Of a stretch of 64,000 bases of DNA, positions 14,844-28,591 are shown one piece after another. Below the pieces are notes generated by a model. It did not search any database, was not told where the DNA came from, and saw only the letters and a list, made by a program, of their open reading frames with translations. The position numbers and the translations under genes were made by a program. The stretch's first letter is position 1, and every line of letters starts with the position of its first letter. This DNA comes from Eledone cirrhosa (lineage: Eukaryota), in contig OZ024745.1 of assembly GCA_964016885.1 (NCBI GenBank), positions 130,634,001 to 130,698,000 on the forward strand, written 5' to 3'.

Positions 14844-15646
14844 TCAGGTTATCAATAATGTAGTGATAATATATCGTTACATTAGAGATGAACAGCGTAC
14901 GTGCAGGTTTGCTCAACGAGTATAAATTATATTCCGGAGAAAATGTAGAAAGGATGAATATAAAATGAAAGTGCTTTTTTTAAAAAAGGAATCTATTAGG
15001 TATTGACATATGTTTCTGTAACAGACGGAATACCTATGTATCGCTGCTTGCGTAATCATATAATGTTAGCAAGTATTCGATAGCAAATGTATAATCAGTT
15101 GTCACTTCTTCGGAGATTTTGGATAAATTGGATAAAATCAGAAAAAATGAAGTATTTATATTAGTAATAGAGGGGATAGTGTATGACAAATGTTAATTCA
15201 ATTTACTGCTAAACAAGTATATTAATACTACTACACCAAATGACCAGCTCTGTCCACTGTCCAATTGGTCAAGTAGAGATTCAAATTGGCACCCCCAAAA
15301 ATTCTTATTTAGATAAAATGAACCATTTACTCATGGTATTCTCATTAGAAACCCATTATATACTTGTTTAGCAGTAAATTGAATTAACATCTGTCATACA
15401 CTATCCCCTCTTTTTCTTCCTCTATTACTAATATAAATACTTCAATTTTTCTGATTTTATCCAATTTATCCAAAATCTCTGAAGAAGTGACAACTGATTA
15501 TACATTTGCTATCGAATACTTCCTAACATTATATGATTACGCAAGCAGCGATACATAGGTATTCCGTCTGTTACAGAAACATATGTCAATACCTAATAGA
15601 TTCCTTTTTTAAAAAAAGCACTTTCATTTTATATTCATCCTTTCTA
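14838..15646. repeat. Long inverted repeat element between TA tracts
   Basis: 14946-15221 is the reverse complement of 15358-15646 (few substitutions, one ~12-nt indel); spacer ~135 bp. Confidence 0.92.
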
Positions 15647-15708
15647 TATATATATATATATATATATATGAATAGATATATAGATATATGAATATATATA
15701 TAAATGAA

Positions 15709-15775
<67 letters not shown>

Positions 15776-16797
15776 GTGTTCGTGTGTGTGTGCATGTGTG
15801 AAACGTGGGTATGTATGTATCTCTTTACCTATGGTTGTACATATATATATATATATATGTGTGTGTGTATGTGTGTGTGTGTGTGTGTGAGAGAGAGTGT
15901 GTAAAAGCACGGACCTTTTTTTATTGGTTTCGTATAATTAATTGGATTGGAATCGCAAAGTTTATCACCTTCGTAACCACTTTTTTCCACTGTTAAGGAA
16001 GACTAATGTATTTTTAGTTCCAGTTGAACTCCAAATGCATAAAATACGATTCTTAATGTATGAGAGCTAAAAAAATAATGGTATGAAGAATATAAAAAAT
16101 ATCTATATCACGAATTTCATGAAATATATGATTTTATGTTCGTCGTTTTGAATGCATCCAGAACTACCTAATTATATAGAGAATTTCACAGCTCGGTAAT
16201 TCTACAAAGGACTATTCTGGGTTAAACTGTTTAAATCTGAGTCGTTAGTGATACACAATAAGAGAAGTAAAATGGGAATGGGTAGTGGAATCTCTCTTAC
16301 GCAGCTTAATAAGTCTGACTATTTGTGGTAAAATTGGTGTAAATGTTGGTAGTTTTTTGTTTAGTCGTAAATTATTGTATGCTAATTAAAATTGTCTTTG
16401 GTGTATTAGAAGAATAGTTTGTGGGAAAGTTCTATGCATTCAAATACCACGAGGAGTGGAGAAATTAACGTTTTGTTCGGGCTTATGATCTTCATCGGAA
16501 AATCAGGAAGTCTGAGAAACGGTAGAATGAAAAAACGGTGTTACTGGCTTGAACATAAGCTAGTAAATGTATGGAATGACGCGATTGACGTATTGTCTCA
16601 TGCAAGAATGATGCAAGACAGAATGTGGGTACTGTGAGACAATATGGGTGAGGAAAGGAGTGAGCGGCTAAAGGTAGGCACACGATGTAAATTGTGTACG
16701 AAATGAACGGGGAAGTAACAACATCTACGGGTAAAAGTCGAGAGAGTTATAGGAAGTACTCAGTCAAAAGTCTATATAAACGATTAGGTGTTTACAG

Positions 16798-17106
16798 CAG
16801 GGGTATGCCACATATTCCATTGGCGGGCCACTTTTGAACATTGGAACATCTATTAGGGCCATTAATATTTATTAAGCACTATTCCAAAGATTCAGCACAA
16901 CTTCTTTCCATAACATGGAACTGGGAAATTATAACACACGTAACCCTATCAGTGAAACTCTTTAGTATAGGTCAACTGACAGAAAATTGTGTTATGGTTA
17001 CGAAAATAATTCTAAATAAGGTAAAATTGAAAACGGTCATCGTGGGGCACTCTGACTGATCTGGCGTGTCGGACTTTGGCCCGCGAGCCGCCTGTTGCAC
17101 GCCCTG
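16798..17106. mobile_element. hAT (Charlie-like) MITE, copy 1
   Basis: Termini CAGGGGTATGC...GCACGCCCTG; 8-bp TSD GTTTACAG/GTTCACAG; second copy at 38136-38455. Confidence 0.85.
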
Positions 17107-17702
17107 GTTCACAGTATTTACTGTATAAAATAAAGTGTTTGATAGACATAATCGAAGTTTAGTGTACACGAGATAAGATATGATATTAGCTAGATAGAAA
17201 TTTGTCACCACACGTTGAAAAGGAACAAAGGATTTTGACACTTTTTGCCACACTTTTCCCAATTGGTGAAAGAATCTGTAGTCTAAGTTGCTTGCACTGA
17301 AAGAGGTCAAAACTGACTTGACCAAATCTCCAGTAACGGAAAGCTCAACTATAGTTTTTGATGCTATTGATCTTTCAACATTTACAAATAGAGAGTGGCC
17401 ATAGAATTCAGTTTATAGTCACACTAAAGAAAAAAAACCTGTGGGTATATACTTTAGTTTATTACGATTAAAATTTTCCTTTAGTCCTTCACTCAATCCT
17501 TATTCTAATTGTAAAATTCTCTCTATTGCTCAAAAAAAGTACTTTCAATACATAACGTTATATATTTAGAAAACACTATTGAAGTAAAATAGTTAAATAA
17601 CATTATATACTATGTTTAGTTTTCATTCGCGAAGCTAGAATAAATATTAGCTTAGTCTCCAATCTAAACGTGGAAAATTTGATCTGAAATTTAATATATG
17701 TT

Positions 17703-17888
17703 TTGGATGGACAGTATCGGTAAAGGGTCAGGCACCATGCCTTCCAGCATAGTTACGTCCCTTTACAGTCTGAGTTCAAATCCCGTCGAGGTTAACTTTG
17801 CCTTTCATCCTTACGGGGTCGATAAAATAAAGCATCAGTAATGCACTGTAGTAATTACTGGCCTTGTGCCAAAAGTAGAAACAATTAT
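17703..17888 (+). mobile_element. SINE-M
   Basis: Full consensus match. Confidence 0.85.
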
Positions 17889-18557
17889 GTATATATATAT
17901 TAAGCGGATGTTAACATGTTAAGAATCTAAACTAGAAATGCAGGGAGGAAAATTATATATTAGTCAATGACACTTTTGTATTTCTGCTTAGTAAGAGAGA
18001 CAACTTTAAATATTTTCTGATTTTAGCTTATGTTAGATTCCTCGGCAAAATATGCCCCCTCTCCAACTTATGGCGAGTTATTGAATTAATAGTAAATGAA
18101 GTAGTAATTTAATATTCAGAAATATATATGTCTGCTTTGCTAAAATAGAATTGTATATTAAGTCATAATTTTCTTGATACTATATTCAGTTTTTTTTTTA
18201 TTAAACTTGAATATAGATGATTAGCTTGTAGAACCAGTGATGGTTATAACCAAGATATTGCACTTCAACAGTATATATAGAATCAGACAAACCGTCCCGA
18301 TGTCCATGCCCCCCATACACTGTACTAGATCACTGACAATAATTACCTTACAGGAATTCATATATGTAACTGGTGTGAATATCTAAACATTTAAATCTAT
18401 ATAAAGTCTCGTTATATAGTCACATCAACGAACTAAAAGTATTTATTATGTTCATCATATGATGTTTATTGATTTTTAAAAGTTTATTTCATTCCTTTGT
18501 TTTGTTTTGTTTTTTTCTTGTTTTAGTTTTTCTCATATTTCACGATGTTATAACTTA

Positions 18558-18940
18558 ATCTCAAGGCTCCAATAATCCCCCCTCCCCCATTTTTTTATTT
18601 TTTAGATTTTTTCCAATGCCTCCACTCTTATTCCAGCACCCTCGCTCATTAAATTGTGCTAATCTATCTCCTCCAACTAAATTTTATTTTAAGTGGTAGC
18701 ATTCCTGAAACAATTAATTCTCTTTAGACATTCAAAAGCATTATGCACGTAAAAAAAGTACATTACTATAAATCCCATATACTATAGAATAAATAGGATG
18801 GGATGGGGTTTCAATATGTAAACTAAACGACTAATTCTGGTTTTTTTAAAAAATCAACGGATACATCCTAGAAATATTACCGATTTTCCAACTCCCCTGT
18901 CCCTTCCCGATTATCACTTCTATTATTTGGCAGCCGAGAG
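18558..18940. mobile_element. Tc1/mariner-like MITE (degenerate)
   Basis: Right end ATTATTTGGCAGCCGAGAG followed by TA; degenerate left TIR; interior homologous to 37780-38055. Confidence 0.6.
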
Positions 18941-19002
18941 TACATAGTTTACTGAGAAATATAAAAAAAAATTAAAGACAATAAGTATCTAAAAAATATA
19001 TA

Positions 19003-19830
19003 CAAGGGGGTGCTGAAAAGATTCTAGCTTTGGGTAAAAGAAAGCAATTAAATTGGGTAAAAGGACCAATTAAAAGAAAATACAGGATGATCAGTTAATA
19101 GAAAATACAGGAGGATCAGTTAATAGAAAATACAGGAGGATCAATTAATAGAAAATACAGGAGGAACTGTTAAAAGAAAATACAGGGGGATCAGTTAATA
19201 GAAAATACAGGAGGATCAGTTAATAGAAAATACAGGAGGATCAGTTAATAGAAAATACAGGAGGATCAGTTAAAATAAAATATAGGAGGATCAGTTAAAA
19301 GAAAATATAGGAGGATCAGTTAAAAGAAAATACAGGAGAATCAGTTAATAGAAAATACAGGAGGATCAGTTAAAATAAAATATAGGAGGATCAGTTAAGA
19401 GAAAATACAGGAGGATCAGTTAATAGAAAATACAGGAGGATCAGTTAAGAGAAAATACAGGAGGATCAGTTAAGAGAAAATACAGGAGGATCAGTTAAGA
19501 GAAAATACAGGAGGATCAGTTAAGAGAAAATACAGGAGGATCAGTTAAGAGAAAATACAGGAGGATCAGTTAAAAGAAAATACAGGAGGATCAGTTAAGA
19601 GAAAATACAGGAGGATCAGTTAAAAGAAAATACAGGAGGATCAGTTAAGAGAAAATACAGGAGGATCAGTTAATAGAAAATACAGGAGGATCAGTTAATT
19701 ATGATTTTATTCAACATATTCCCCTCTCAGATTCACACACTTATTGCAGCGGTCCTACCTCCCCTGTAAAGGTAACAGTTTTACTCATTCATGGTACCCT
19801 TAAAGCCATGAACTTTTCTGCCCAACCTCG
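19003..19830 (+). mobile_element. Internally deleted mariner-like element containing a minisatellite
   Basis: TA|CAAGGGGGTGCTGAAAAGATTCTAGCTTT ... AAAGCCATGAACTTTTCTGCCCAACCTCG|TA: imperfect TIRs with TA TSD. Confidence 0.8.
19076..19698 (+). repeat. 25-bp minisatellite, about 25 copies
   Basis: Unit GAAAATACAGGAGGATCAGTTAA(T/G/A)A. Confidence 0.97.
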
Positions 19831-21089
19831 TATATATTACCTTAAAAGAAGGCCAGCATCCCGAAGAATACGAAATTTATTAGATTCGTTCGGTTATGTA
19901 TTTGGTATTATCTCCTATCTGGAGGCAAGATTATCCTGATACACATCAGAACATACAGATAGAAAATTAATTACTATTCCAGTGCCATCTTCTATCTTCT
20001 TGTTTTTCAATATACAATTGAAACATTTCAATACTTACAGGCAAATAGAAAACTAGGTAACAGTATTAATATCTAGTTCAGCTTGCCGTATATTTTCAAA
20101 AGGAATGAAAGTAACACGGAGAATTAGCCATCAGCGATCAAGGAACACGTCTTGTTAGAGACATAAACTATTGATATATGAGGATATAATATATAAATGA
20201 TTAAATGTTAAAGAGATATTACCGAATTCAGCTAAAGTATTCAAAGATCCCGACACGTTTCTAGCGGCAAAATTTTCACAGCCATAGATATGTGTTATAC
20301 AAAAACTATTGCTCTATAAATATTCACATTTTCTATCAAATAATCACCTACTGTTCTAATGTGGTGACAACAGCTGCGGCTAATGGAGGTGATATAGATC
20401 AGCCATAAAATACATTTAAGATTCGTCAGTTGCAAAATAAAACTCCTTTGAGAAAATGCATAGACCCAATTCCACTTAGATTTAATAATAAAAAAAAATA
20501 ACACCTGGAAGTTAAATGTATGTCGTACCAATAAGAAACAGTCAATTAGTTAAGAATCAATACTGTCACACATAATTTCAGCAGTTCAAAACGATAAAAG
20601 GTTTACCTGGCGGGAAAATATAACAGCTAAATTTACTATTTGGAAATGCTAAACACTACATAGGCATTGTGGTAATATTCTGAAACGAACTACCAGATAT
20701 TACAAGCACCTAATATATAAACTACCGATCAAACAATCAACAAAATCAAATAAGGCGTTACATTGCCATCTGATCTATTAAATAGGACAACTTATTAATG
20801 TTGTTGAAAATATTGATAGGACTTACGTTTAACCCAGATGAGTCAGAGGGTTTGCAGAACAACTTGAGAGGAAAGTTCATGCTGCCGGATATTTACATAT
20901 GGAGCGCGTCGGGAGGACAGTTTAAGTTGCTCGGGTTCTGGTTTGGTCCGGAACTCCATCCAGATGGATAGAAAATGAATCGAGCAAATGAGCATGGTAG
21001 TATGTCTTACATAAAAATGGACAAAGAGGAAGCTATCACTGAAATTTAGGCCGGAGGGGCCGAACGCATGCATTGCTTCCGTCATATAT

Positions 21090-21215
21090 TCATCATTATC
21101 CTTCGACTCCTCTATGGGCAGTCAGATCTCTCTTGACAATCCCTTATCACACTGTTCGGTCCTGCATTGCTGTCTGCAGATCCCTTATGTCCAGCCCTGA
21201 GTCCCGAGCTATTGT
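21090..21215 (-). mobile_element. RTE/RTEX-like LINE 3' tip
   Basis: Minus translation ARDSGLDIRDLQTAMQDRTV resembles RTE C-termini; short TGA-repeat tail. Confidence 0.5.
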
Positions 21216-21242
21216 GTGTGGGAAAGTCAGTTTTGTGTATGT

Positions 21243-21274
<32 letters not shown>

Positions 21275-21468
21275 TTGTGTCTGTGTGTGTGTCTGTGTGT
21301 GTGTCCGTGTGTGTGTCTGTCTGTGTGTGTGTTTGTGGGAATACGTGTGTGTGTGTTTGAGTGTGTGGAGTGTGTCAGTCTGTGTGGAATTAGGAGTAAT
21401 AACTCGAAGGAACAATATCATGAATTTACATACCGCAGTCAACATGGTTGCGCTAAATATATATAAGT

Positions 21469-21578
21469 ATAATTGTTTCTACTTTTGGCACAAGGCCAGC
21501 AATTATACCAGTGTATTACTGGTACTGTATTTTCTCGACCCCGTAAGGATGAAAGAGAAAGTTAACCTCGGCGGGATT
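21469..21578 (-). mobile_element. SINE-M, partial
   Basis: Body and tail. Confidence 0.8.
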
Positions 21579-22269
21579 ATAATGTAACTTCTTAACTTAC
21601 CAGATTTGCTCTCACTTACAAAGAAAAAAATACAAATAACTTAACGGTAACTGAAAGCGAACAGTTGATCATTTCAAGAAATTAAACATAAATTTACGGT
21701 TGTATTAAAATATTATGAGATACTTTATGAGATAGTAAACGAGAATAAGGAATTTTAGTTTTCATTTGAATCAGTAAAATATAATCAGTATCGTTTTCTA
21801 AAATTCCTGTTTGAATCGTCAAAATATATTAATGTCAACTATATTTTACAAGTTATACAATGATGAAAATATTGAAAAAAAAAGATACAAACAAAATTAT
21901 AATTAAAAAATGGAGGGGAGGGTGAAGTATTAAAGAAGGGTGGATTTGGCTGTATGTGAAAATAGAGGTGAGGACTATAAATGTCACAAGGAAGAGGAAA
22001 ATTAAGGGGGCAGAGGATGACAGACTCTGTGCCTAGGTTGGGTGGTGTTTTGGCTGCAGACGGAGGACAAAACTACAAAGGTATTTCGGCGGACAGTGGT
22101 TAGCGACACCCATTACAACAGTCACCCCACTTCGCTGAGCTCCTTTCTCAAACGGAGCTGACGTTCCGATTTTACGGAGAAGCAAGGTTGTACGAGGTCC
22201 AAGGATGCCTGAGGCCTAGCCGGCGACCGGTGCATAGAGTAAGCCGCCCGAAAGCCCCATTATTTGCTT

Positions 22270-22712
22270 GTCTTCTTCTTCTTCTTCTTCTTTGCCCACT
22301 TATTTCTGAGAGGGTCGTGGGGGCAAGGGCCTCAAAGACTCCTTCCAGCCAGTCCTGTCAGAAGCAACTGTCTCCAAATGATCCGGCTGGATTCCCAAGC
22401 AAGACCAGCCAAGCTCATCGATGTTATCCAAATATATTGCTCGCGGTCTACCCCTATACCTCTTGCCGGTTTGTTTTGCCCGTAAAACCTGACCAGCGAT
22501 TCTTTCCTGGGACATTCTAACCACATACCTATATTATCGGAGTTGTGATCTCTCAATTTGGAGAAGTAGCGGCTCTACCTGGAGTGACTCTCTGATCTCC
22601 GAGCTACACACTCTATCGAGTAACGTTACTCCCAAGACCCTTCGAAGGAACCTAATTTTGGCCGCTTGTATTCGCGATCGTATTCTTTCGGTTATTACCC
22701 AAGATTCGAGTA
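22270..22712 (-). mobile_element. RTE-clade LINE 3' fragment with (AAG)n tail
   Basis: SWVITERIRSRIQAAKIRFLRRVLGVTLLDRVCSSEIRESLQVEPLLLQIERSQLR*..GKRYRGRPRAIYLDNI. Confidence 0.85.
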
Positions 22713-23174
22713 AAATATGAAATATATTCTTATATACTTTTCCTTGTGATATAATGAAACCAATACTATAAATAATGTGATATTGGATTCTTGTAATTAT
22801 TGGCATTTGTTCTGATTTGGGCTTTATTATTGGAGAAATCGTTACCAATTTTAATGACACTTTTGTCTAATTAAAATTGTACTTTTTATTTATTTATATT
22901 TACAATATTGATGCTCAATTTCAATATTCCTAATGCATGGGAAAAACTTTGAAAACTCAATAGAATTTTTAAAATCTTGATATACTTTTTTATATGAAAT
23001 TCCTATATATCATACATTGATCAAACAAAAGATTTCGAAGACATGTAGATGCCGTCTCTTTCGCAAGACCTTTAAAATAAAGCAACAGCAACAAATAATT
23101 ACATATATAAATTCTTTGACGCTACACTTCGCCAGTTGCAGACTGTGCATCAAGATGAGATATTTTTCTCCACA

Positions 23175-23470
23175 AAGTTCGATCACCAACAGCAAGGTTT
23201 AAAGAGCAAAGATCAAATTGTCAATAGGCTGACATCATCAAGCCATCGTTTTGGCTGCCGGCCTTTGCTTCTCTTAGCAGCCAACATTCCTTCCAGGCAC
23301 AACCTACTCACACCACGAGGTTTTATATGGCCGTATATTTTGAGTACTCATGACTTCATAATCGATGTAATTGGTCTATGTCTGGTAATGTTGAGCAGCT
23401 CACTGATATAGATATGGACGCTGAGCCGCTTACCAGTCATAAATCTATCTTATGATGTGGTTCTGGAATG
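23175..23470 (-). mobile_element. RTE LINE fragment
   Basis: Minus translation LKIYGHIKPRGVSRLCLEGMLAAKRSKGRQPKRWLDDV. Confidence 0.7.
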
Positions 23471-24310
23471 TAGAGCTTCTAAAGTGACCTTGTCATCCAA
23501 TTAACACAACCAACTGTGTGTGTGTCTGTGTGTATGTGTGTGTATGTGTGTGAATGTGTCTGTGTGTGTGTGTATCTGGCTGTGTGTGTCTGTGTGTGTC
23601 TGTGTGTGTGTCTGCCTGTGTGTGTGTCTGTGTGTGTGTCTGTGTGTGTGTATGTGTCTTTGTGTATAAGTATGTGCGTGTTGCATGTAACGTATTCACA
23701 GATTTATATTCGTCTACATTGTATGTAGATATTTATGAAAGACATGTTCAGAATGTAAATATTTTAGATGAAAGCAACTGACTGATTCACAAAGTTGTAT
23801 GTTCTTCTGTTTGTATGTTTATGTGGGGACTCGGATATATTGATTTTACACGCAGTCTTTATCTCTCATTTACTCTCTCCCTCATCGATTCTTTTATTAC
23901 ACACTTTAACTTTCAACTTGAGAACTGAATCACACACACTATCGTGCTCGTTTTTTCTTTGTTTCAACAATGATGGAGGGTTATACAAACATACATTTAA
24001 GGGGGTTTTTTTAACTTCTACTCCAATGTTTTAGTTTTAAATTATTTCAATGAATATAAGGAGTTTACACACATGAAACAATATATTTGCTTTTCGTAGA
24101 AAGATGGCATCTTAATATATGGTGTTGGGTATATTGTATATATTATTAATCAGAATTTTGAAATATGTTAGTTTGTCGCGTTTCTCCTTCCATGAATCAA
24201 AATATTCATCCAACTAACTTTAACCAAGGATTTCTTTTTTAATCTGTTGCCCCAGCATGGCCTCAGACGGATAGCTGGAACAAGTAAAAGAAAATGTGTT
24301 TCCAAGCATT

Positions 24311-24502
24311 AATAATTGTTTCTATTTTTGGTACAAGGCCAGCAATTATCCCAGTGGATTACAGGTACTTTATTTTATCGACCCCTTAAGGATGAAAGGC
24401 AAAATTAACCTCGACGGGATTTGAACTTAGATCGTAAAGGGGCGTAACTCTATGCTGCAAAGCATGGCGTCCGGCCCTCTACCAATTCTGCCAATCCACC
24501 GC
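24311..24502 (-). mobile_element. SINE-M
   Basis: Full consensus match. Confidence 0.85.
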
Positions 24503-24869
24503 CTTTTCTACCAATTCTGCCAATCGTTTCCAAACATTAATAATGTTTTACTATAAATCTTTTCATGATATTGCATTACTAAATTGGCGGATGTGGTGGC
24601 TACTTTCGTTCCAATTAGAGTCCCTGACCGGTACGTGGATTTACCGAATATTAAGGTTTTGTAATATGAATCTAAGTCTATCAAGGAAGAAATCGTTTTA
24701 ATGCGAACTGCTAATTCAAATTGGTATTTATCTAACCAGCATTTAATTCTATATATCCCATAGTCGTAGGGATATATGTGTATAGTTTTACAACATCACA
24801 GTAAACAAGAAGTTTAATTTAAAATTCTGGTGTAGGTAGGTGTTTCAAGGTCCTCTCGTTTATAGAAAC

Positions 24870-25152
24870 TACCCTAAACTTAACCCTAATCATAGCTCTA
24901 ACCCTAAACCTAACCCTAAACTAACCCTAACACTAACCCTAACCTTAACCTTAACACTAACCCTAACACTAACCCTAACCTTAACCCTAACCCTTATCCT
25001 AACCCTAACCATAACACTAAATCTAACCCTAACACTAACACTAAGCCTAACCTTAAACCTAACCCTAATCCTAACCCTAACACTAACACTAACACTAAGC
25101 CTAAACTTAACCCTAAAACTAACCCTAACCATATCACTAACATTAACCCTAA
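24870..25152. repeat. Degenerate interstitial telomere-like (TAACCC)n tract
   Basis: Hexamers TAACCC, TAACAC, TAACCT; second short tract at 25321-25350. Confidence 0.9.
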
Positions 25153-25610
25153 ACGCTAATTCAAATTGGTAATTATCTAGCCAACATTATATTCCATATA
25201 TCACATAGTCGTGGCTATATTTGTCTTTGTATTTACATCACTGTAAACAAGAATCATAATTTAACCTCCTCCATTAGGTAGATGTTTACACATTTCAAGA
25301 TCTCTTTTATAAAAAGTATTCTAACCTTAACTATAACCTTAACCCTAAACCACCTCACTAAATGTGTTTCAGTTGCAAAACGTCTGAGGTCGCTTACGTA
25401 GTCATATATTTCGTTGCCATTTCTAATTAGTAATGTTAGCAAGTTTTCCATTATTTTTTGTATTATTATTTCCTCTCTTTGTATATATGTATATAACTCT
25501 ACGTCACTCCATCTCAAAATTATTTTGAAATTTAGGAAATTGTGAATCCATTTAATTTAATGTAAAGAAATCTTTAAAATTTCAAAATTTCAAGTGCATT
25601 TTCAATTTCT

Positions 25611-25708
<98 letters not shown>

Positions 25709-25737
25709 AACATATGCATATATAAATATATGCATAT

Positions 25738-25817
<80 letters not shown>

Positions 25818-25873
25818 GTATATATAAACATGTATTATGTATATAAACATATTATATTTATATATGATATATG

Positions 25874-25939
<66 letters not shown>

Positions 25940-26050
25940 TATATACGTAAATACATATATATATATATAATGTATATATATATATACATACATAAATATA
26001 TATATGTACATACCACATTTGCAACAACACAGCACGCCATTTTTCATACC

Positions 26051-26099
<49 letters not shown>

Positions 26100-26386
26100 T
26101 ATATGTACATATATACATAGATAGATATACATAAATACATTTATATATATATGAGTGTATGTGTGTGTATGTATACGTATATACACATGTGTGTGTGTGT
26201 GAATCGGTTCGTTTTCCTGTTAGTATGAGTTGAGATATTTTGAACAATTTGATTGCCTTCTAATGCATCTTTTCGTTCCGTTTCTTTTACTTCTTATTCT
26301 TTACATACTTATTTCGATCTGATTTTAACTTTTTCCATAATTCATAATACTCGCTTTTTCTTAATCGTTCCTTCGAGATCATATTC

Positions 26387-26448
<62 letters not shown>

Positions 26449-26480
26449 TCTCTCTCTCTCTCTATCTCTCTCTATCTCCT

Positions 26481-26513
<33 letters not shown>

Positions 26514-26637
26514 ATCTCTTCTCTTTCACTCTTTCTGTCTCTCTCTCACTATATATATACATATATATACATATATATATATATACATAACATATATATA
26601 TATATATATATATTTATATACATAACATATATATATA

Positions 26638-26716
<79 letters not shown>

Positions 26717-26767
26717 ATATATGTGTGTGTGTGTGTTTGTGTGTGAATGTGTATATATATATATATG

Positions 26768-26798
<31 letters not shown>

Positions 26799-26815
26799 GT
26801 GTGTGTGTGAATGTG

Positions 26816-26875
<60 letters not shown>

Positions 26876-27769
26876 TCACTCATTCTCGCTCTCGTTCTCG
26901 TATTTTTTCTATTACCTTTAACTTTTCCTCCTATTTTCACCTTCCTCATCAGTCAACAAGTCGCTAATTAGCGTCTCTATGATTAGCATCGTTTTCTAAA
27001 TATGTGGTAATAGCATTTCTGTAAAATGCCAGATGTATCAAACAGTGTAATTAAAACACAACACATATGACCAAGAAACATTCTTTCATGTGAGAATAGG
27101 TGATAAATACCTACGCAATGCGTACAATACCTTTTGCTTTGTATTCCCATAAGTACAATATACCTGTTATATATTTTTTAATGTTTGCTTGTGTATGTCA
27201 AATCCCCATAGTCCTCTTTCTTTCCTCTTGCAGCCTGTTAATTTTACCCACTAGTCCTTAGAGATTTCTTTAATTTTTTTTTTTTATTTTATCTGTTTCA
27301 ATTAAAATTGCGTTTTAACTATTTCTTACTGAAGAAATTTGTGTTCTCAGTTCAAACCACCATACATCACCTAATTCGACAGAAAACGCAATCCCTTTGA
27401 CGGTTTAAAACTACCACATATCTTTTTGGTGCAACAGAAACAAGAATCTTGACATAATAATAGAGGTGAAATTTTGATTTTAAATTCTCCTCCAAAATGA
27501 AATCATTCAAATATAAGCTATTTTGAAACGGGACATTCATTAGTAATGCATTCTTTACTGACACTGTTGCAATTGAAATAAATCACATCAATATCACAAT
27601 CTTAATATGTTCAGATTTTCAGTCGTATAATAAAACGTACGAGTTCAGAAGTTATTGTCTTTTTAAACATTTCTACAGTCTTATAAATAAAGCATTTGAA
27701 GATATTAAGCGTGAAATAAACTTAAGAATGGGATGGGATCAGAAATCAGAAAAAGTAACATAACTAAAT

Positions 27770-28090
27770 ACGGTGTGGTAAATAAATATATACATATATA
27801 TTAGGTCTGAACATAATGGAATCAAATTCCCATTGTCACTGCCTCCGTCACTCTCGCGCTCTCCATCTCTCGCTATTATAAGCAAATGGGGGCATATTCG
27901 CTGGCCGCCCCACGACCACGTCGGACAGAATGGAGAAGGTGTTTCACCGGAGGATGTTGAGGGAGACGCGTTGGAAAACCATTCCAGCTCGCGAGGCTCA
28001 CACCCGTGTGTAGCCAACTACCTGACGATGATGGTGAGTAGGGAGGTGGTCCTAGGGCCAAAAACACCAGAAGTTTCCACTGCTACGGTC
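27770..28090. repeat. Unclassified ~320-bp GC-rich interspersed repeat, copy 1
   Basis: Reverse-complement homology to 49068-49378. Confidence 0.8.
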
Positions 28091-28249
28091 TTGACCGCAA
28101 ATAGGATTAGAGTTCTTCGTGATAACAGTTTACATGGCTTTATAGCTGCTATGATAATCTCTACAGTTGTATGTGATATCCCTTTAATTATTATGTTAAA
28201 GGATATGTTTTAAGTGAACCTCATTTCCCTATTCAATATGAAATAGTTA

Positions 28250-28419
28250 CCGTATTTTCCGGCGCCGAAGATGCTTCGTCGTTGAGGACACACCCTATTT
28301 TGACAACCAAAAATGTTAAATAAAATAATAAACAACCTTCAGCCTCCAGGACGCATGGTAGATTTTTGAGATTTATTTTAGGAAAAAAGTAGCGTCTTCG
28401 AAGGCATGGTAAAATATGG
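28250..28419. mobile_element. Tc1/mariner-superfamily MITE
   Basis: TA|CCGTATTTTCCGGCGCCGAAGATGC ... GCGTCTTCGAAGGCATGGTAAAATATGG imperfect TIRs. Confidence 0.65.
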
Positions 28420-28591
28420 CACTTTTTCGTATCCATTTATTCTGCGTCTTTACAATTCATAAAATAGTTGTTTTGTGTATCTGAGGGTGTCATCAAAAGA
28501 TCGTTTCAGATCTTAGAAGGCTACATTTTATCATTTCCAAAAGATTTTTCACATGACAAAAACACAAGAATTGTCTCACTAATGATCAAAA

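Noticed and set aside
17703-17785. tRNA genes at SINE heads
   Set aside because: A and B boxes are present but there is no cloverleaf; part of a repeated SINE
19076-19698. CRISPR-like regular repeats
   Set aside because: No spacers; contiguous 25-bp minisatellite in eukaryotic DNA
24870-25152. True telomere or chromosome-fusion site
   Set aside because: Highly degenerate, single orientation, and embedded in a tandem unit
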